Below the pieces are notes generated by a model. The model was not told the origin of the DNA, searched no databases, and saw only the letters and a program-made list of their open reading frames with translations. Source: a virus. From it: a stretch of 36,240 bases of DNA. The stretch is from the IMG/VR virus record IMGVR_UViG_3300025894_000001. One strand, given 5' to 3'. Shown in pieces: positions 32,811-36,240 of the stretch. A program made the position numbers and the translations under genes. Positions within the stretch are counted from its first letter, which is position 1, and each line of letters opens with the position of its first letter.

Positions 32811-34489
32811 TGGCAGCTTATGGCAAAAAAGGGATCTCACCGGAACCCGAACAAATCATCCGGCGCTGTAAAGAATTAAAGTCAGGTCGCGAGAACTGGG
32901 AAAACATCTGGGATGAGGTCGGGCATTTTGTCCTACCCACTAAAGCTGATTTCCTTACGGAGCGAACTCGCGGCGATAAACGCGACGAGGATATTTATGA
33001 CTCCACGGCGATCAGCTCTAACCAAACCCTTGCGTCCGGTCTCCACGGCGCGCTAACAGCGCCTAGCGGTCGTTGGTTTTCAATTCGCTACCGTGACGAT
33101 CAGTTAAATGACGATGACGCTGCGATTGAGTGGCTTGAAGACTCGGTTGATCGAATCTATAAAAGCCTAGAAGAATCTAATTTCAATTCTGAAGTCAACG
33201 AGCTGTACCTTGACCTTTGTTGTTTTGGCACCGCCGCGATGAAGGTTGAAACTAATAAGGTTGAAAACCAAGATTCATTAAATTTTCGCACTGTTCATTT
33301 GAGTGAAGTTGCAATTTCCGAAAACGTTGATGGTGTGGTTGATACTATCTACCGCACTTTAAAGTTCTCAGCGCGTCAAGCAAGGCAGCTTTTCCCTGAT
33401 GAAAATCTAGGCGAAACAATTGAAAGAGCGTTAGAAAATAAACCCGACAAAGAGTTTGAGTTTATTCACGCCGTCTATCCACGCGAAGGCGTTGAGCCAG
33501 TTGACATGGCGCCGGGTAAAGATCGACCGTGGGCGTCGTGTTGGGTTCAAGTTCACGATAAAAAATTAATTCGCGAAGACGGCTACTACGAGTGTCCGTG
33601 GATGGTGCCTCGATGGTCTAAGCTTTCCGGCGATGTTTACGGATTCAGCCCTGCAATGATGGCGCGAGCCGACATTCGCACCCTAAACGCTGCCAAGTTG
33701 TTCGAGCTGCGCGCATGGGAAAAGAATATCGATCCTCCGACGTTAGCCGCATACAACGGCATCATCGGCGATCTTCGACTCGACCCCGGCGGTTTAACTT
33801 ACGTCCGTGACATCAACGGTGTCCGACCGATGCAGAACGGCACCCAGTGGAATGTGACGCAGATCAAGTCTGCTGAACTCATCACAAATATTCGCCGGGC
33901 TTTCTTTAATGATCAGCTTCAACTGAGTGAAGGCCCGAACATGACCGCAACCGAAGTCCGGGCGCGCATGGAGCTGATGCAACAGATCCTCGGGCCGGTC
34001 GTGGGCCGACTCCAGAGCGAATTCCTAAACCCGCTGATTCAGCGCGTGTTTATGGTGATGTTCCGAGCCGGCGCATTTGCCGAGCCTCCCGCGTCATTAC
34101 TCGAAGGCGGTAACAAGCTTGATGTCGAATATGTCTCGCCGTTAGCGCGAGCGCAAAAGATGGATGAAGTGTTCGCCGTGGAACGTTGGATGGGTCAGTT
34201 AGCTCAAGTGATGCAGATTGATCCTACGGTAATGGACGTTGTTGATTTTTCCAAGATGGGAAGAATGCTTGCCAAACGTCTTGGCGTTCCGGGTGAAGTC
34301 ATGCGCTCCGAAGAAGAAATGGAGCAGCTGAAGATGGAACGCGAACAAGCAGCCGCGCAGCAGCAACAGATGATGCAGCAGCAGATGGGTCTTGATCAAG
34401 CCGGACAAGCTGCACAAGTTGCCGGTGCAGTAGATCAAGTTAATCCTGACACGATGGCGGGTGTTGTCGCCGGTGTGACCGGTCAATGA
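32810..34489 (+). CDS. Portal protein (podovirus head-to-tail connector type)
   Basis: The call rests on its 559-aa size, its position and a Gln-rich C-terminal tail. Confidence 0.8.
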   Translation: MAAYGKKGISPEPEQIIRRCKELKSGRENWENIWDEVGHFVLPTKADFLTERTRGDKRDEDIYDSTAISSNQTLASGLHGALTAPSGRWFSIRYRDDQLNDDDAAIEWLEDSVDRIYKSLEESNFNSEVNELYLDLCCFGTAAMKVETNKVENQDSLNFRTVHLSEVAISENVDGVVDTIYRTLKFSARQARQLFPDENLGETIERALENKPDKEFEFIHAVYPREGVEPVDMAPGKDRPWASCWVQVHDKKLIREDGYYECPWMVPRWSKLSGDVYGFSPAMMARADIRTLNAAKLFELRAWEKNIDPPTLAAYNGIIGDLRLDPGGLTYVRDINGVRPMQNGTQWNVTQIKSAELITNIRRAFFNDQLQLSEGPNMTATEVRARMELMQQILGPVVGRLQSEFLNPLIQRVFMVMFRAGAFAEPPASLLEGGNKLDVEYVSPLARAQKMDEVFAVERWMGQLAQVMQIDPTVMDVVDFSKMGRMLAKRLGVPGEVMRSEEEMEQLKMEREQAAAQQQQMMQQQMGLDQAGQAAQVAGAVDQVNPDTMAGVVAGVTGQ

Positions 34490-34686
34490 TCCCAGTCGAT
34501 ACATTAGAAAAAAAATGGCGCAAGATCATCGATTCGCCTGATGGTGAGTTAGTGATGGAAGCGTTATTCGAGTTGTACGTTTTGCGTACCTCTCACACCC
34601 CCGGAGATCCGTACCAAACTGCCTTCCACGAAGGGCAGAGGGATGCGATCAATTTCTTAATCAACTTAGCCCGAAAGGATAACTAA
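34486..34686 (+). CDS. Bbp19-like small protein
   Basis: The 66-aa product contains DGELVMEALFEL..DPYQTAFHEGQRDAINFLINL. It is coupled to the portal gene. Confidence 0.55.
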   Translation: MIPVDTLEKKWRKIIDSPDGELVMEALFELYVLRTSHTPGDPYQTAFHEGQRDAINFLINLARKDN

Positions 34687-34687
34687 T

Positions 34688-35602
34688 ATGAGCGAAGAAA
34701 GCGTTCTAACTCAAGAAGCAGCACCAGTTGAAAACACTAGCAGTGGCACTTGGCGCGAATCACTACCAGAAGATTTGCGCGAGTCTGGATCACTTAAAGA
34801 TATTCCTGACGTAAACACCCTTGCGAAAGCATATTCCGATGCACAGTCATATATAGGCCGCAGCATTCGGATACCCGGCGAAGATGCCGGCGAGGACGTT
34901 TGGAGCGACTTTAATCAGAAGCTTACTAATGTTCCCGGCGTTGCAAGAATTCCGTCTGAGGATTCTGAGGCAGAAGATTGGTCGGCCTTTTATAACCGAA
35001 TGGGTCGCCCAGAGTCAGCTGACGCATATTCAATCACTCGACCCGAAGGCGCTGAAGCAAGCGAAGCTGAAGGTGCGTTGTTGGCAAAGCTGCATGAGAT
35101 TGGCCTCAACAACAGTCAAGCCAATAATTTAGTGAACTGGATGAATGACGGTGTCACGACTGCCACCCATGAACGAAACAATTCAATGAACGCTTCATTG
35201 TCTTCTTTGAAAGACGATTGGGGTCAGGCGTTCGATTCCAAGCTGCAAGATGCGAAATCTGCGATTGGTCATTTCGGTGGTGAAGAACTGCTGCAAGAGA
35301 TTAACGGCAGTGGATTGGGCAACAACGTAAAACTAATCAAAGCTTTTGCTGAAATCGGTCGAGGCTTCTCTGAGGATCCTGCAATGTCTGTTGGTGGAAA
35401 ACAAAATGCGGGTATGACGCCCACAGAAGCCAAAGAACAGATCGATGAGATCTTAGGCAACGCAGCGCATCCTTATAACGATCTTGACAATCCTGCACAT
35501 GATGCAGCGGTGGACAAAGTTCAAAAACTTTATCAGGCAGCTTACTTGTCTGATGATGACGCCGAGCCAGATATTTTTGAAAGAAAGCTCGGTCTCGGGT
35601 AG
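34688..35602 (+). CDS. Scaffolding protein
   Basis: The 304-aa product is acidic and helical, and lies between the portal and capsid genes. Confidence 0.7.
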   Translation: MSEESVLTQEAAPVENTSSGTWRESLPEDLRESGSLKDIPDVNTLAKAYSDAQSYIGRSIRIPGEDAGEDVWSDFNQKLTNVPGVARIPSEDSEAEDWSAFYNRMGRPESADAYSITRPEGAEASEAEGALLAKLHEIGLNNSQANNLVNWMNDGVTTATHERNNSMNASLSSLKDDWGQAFDSKLQDAKSAIGHFGGEELLQEINGSGLGNNVKLIKAFAEIGRGFSEDPAMSVGGKQNAGMTPTEAKEQIDEILGNAAHPYNDLDNPAHDAAVDKVQKLYQAAYLSDDDAEPDIFERKLGLG

Positions 35603-35697
35603 CGCGACAGCGTCCGAAACCCGGTGACCGGGTAGGTCATCCCTGACGAGGGCAAACGTAGACGAGTCCGAAAGGGTAGCTCCTCGAAAAAAAGTCA

Positions 35698-35719
35698 GCC
35701 GGCATTTGCCGGTTTTTTT
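35698..35719 (+). terminator. Hairpin plus T7 between the scaffold and capsid genes
   Basis: The stem is CCGGC/GCCGG with an ATTT loop, with an A-run before it and a T-run after it. Confidence 0.6.
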
Positions 35720-35743
35720 ATTTCTTTTTTAGAGGATTACATC

Positions 35744-36240
35744 ATGGCCTACTCAGGCAACAAGTGGTATGCACAACAGTATCAAGATGCTGTTATGCAA
35801 CTTGCACAACAGCAAGGTTCAAAAATGCGTCCCATCGTTTTCACGAAAACGGTTGATTCGGAAAAAGTGAATTTTGAGCGACTCGGTGAAACCGCCGCAG
35901 TAGCCAAAACAACTCGCTACACCGATACTCCGAACGTGGAAATGGTTCACTCACGAAGAGTCGCGACTTTGTCCGACTACCACTGGGCGACCATGCACGA
36001 TTGGACGGATGGAGTTCGGATGTTGGTTGATCCGAAAGGCGCGTATACGAAAGCCGGCGCATGGGCAATGGGTCGAGCAATCGACGATTTGGTCATTACG
36101 GCAGCTCTTGGTAACGCGACCGATGACGCGGGATCTTCTGTCGCTTTGCCGGCGGGTCAAAAAATTACCGAGGCGGGAACTGCCGGTATGACTTTGGCAA
36201 AGATCCTTGAAGCGAAACGAATCCTTGATGCAGCTGAAGT
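35744..36240 (+). CDS. Major capsid protein, N-terminal part (runs off the window and continues at 1..457)
   Basis: The ATG is preceded by AGAGGA. The frame is open to the end of the window and is in frame with 5..457 after circular mapping. Confidence 0.8.
   Translation, partial: MAYSGNKWYAQQYQDAVMQLAQQQGSKMRPIVFTKTVDSEKVNFERLGETAAVAKTTRYTDTPNVEMVHSRRVATLSDYHWATMHDWTDGVRMLVDPKGAYTKAGAWAMGRAIDDLVITAALGNATDDAGSSVALPAGQKITEAGTAGMTLAKILEAKRILDAAE
36142..36240 (+). repeat. Terminal overlap, identical to 1..99
   Basis: Direct comparison shows exact identity. Confidence 0.95.

Larger units (their letters stand above)
1..36240. mobile_element. Complete temperate phage genome, circularly closed or permuted (unique length 36,141 bp)
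   Basis: The ends overlap by 99 identical nt. The window holds full packaging, virion, replication/recombination, immunity and integration modules. attP is intact rather than split into attL/attR. Confidence 0.9.

Noticed and set aside
35643-35673. A hammerhead-ribozyme-like core: CUGACGA, a short GGGC/GUCC helix, then GAAA.
   Set aside because: I could not build the required stems I and III from the flanking sequence in either type I or type III topology. The short core motifs are expected by chance several times in 36 kb.
1-36240. CRISPR arrays, rRNA genes, transposases or IS elements.
   Set aside because: There are no regularly spaced direct repeats with unique spacers, no rRNA-like sequence and no transposase-like ORF. 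The only recombinase is the tyrosine integrase.

Overview
The window is a complete, circularly closed genome of a temperate tailed phage. The last 99 nt (36142..36240) repeat the first 99 nt exactly, and the major capsid gene reads in frame across that junction, so the unique length is 36,141 bp.

The morphogenesis gene order is T7/BPP-1-like (podovirus type): terS, terL, an unknown gene, portal, Bbp19-like, scaffold, capsid, adaptor, nozzle, four internal/ejected proteins, then tail fibre.

The + strand unit runs in this order:
- cro-like gene
- CHC2 zinc-finger protein and RepA/AAA_25 helicase
- iteron/poly-C region
- resolvase
- packaging and virion genes
- three fibre-plus-small-protein cassettes
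- a cluster of small membrane proteins (lysis-like)
- attP

The - strand unit runs in this order:
- an unknown gene plus a short XRE repressor
- Sak4-type ATPase
- DUF669
- three tiny membrane/lipoprotein genes
- Cas4-like nuclease
- HTH proteins
- acidic small proteins
- tyrosine integrase

attP is the 3' part of a tRNA-Gly(GCC), flanked by duplicated 12-bp arm repeats.

No rRNA, complete tRNA, CRISPR array, reverse transcriptase, DNA polymerase or recognisable endolysin was found by eye.

The observations most worth follow-up are:
1. A 907-aa protein in the ejected-protein slot with a zeta-toxin-like kinase segment and a possible ART-like C-terminus.
2. A Cas4-like nuclease ending in the SSB tail motif DDDIPF.
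3. A palindromic operator embedded in the same position of three leftward promoters, plus a second operator class at the immunity region.
4. An unknown gene wedged between repressor and cro, where the repressor lacks a cleavage domain.
5. Iteron and poly-C/G elements sharing a 13-mer between the ori-like and terS-terL gaps.

All functional calls come from reading motifs and synteny. No database search was run.
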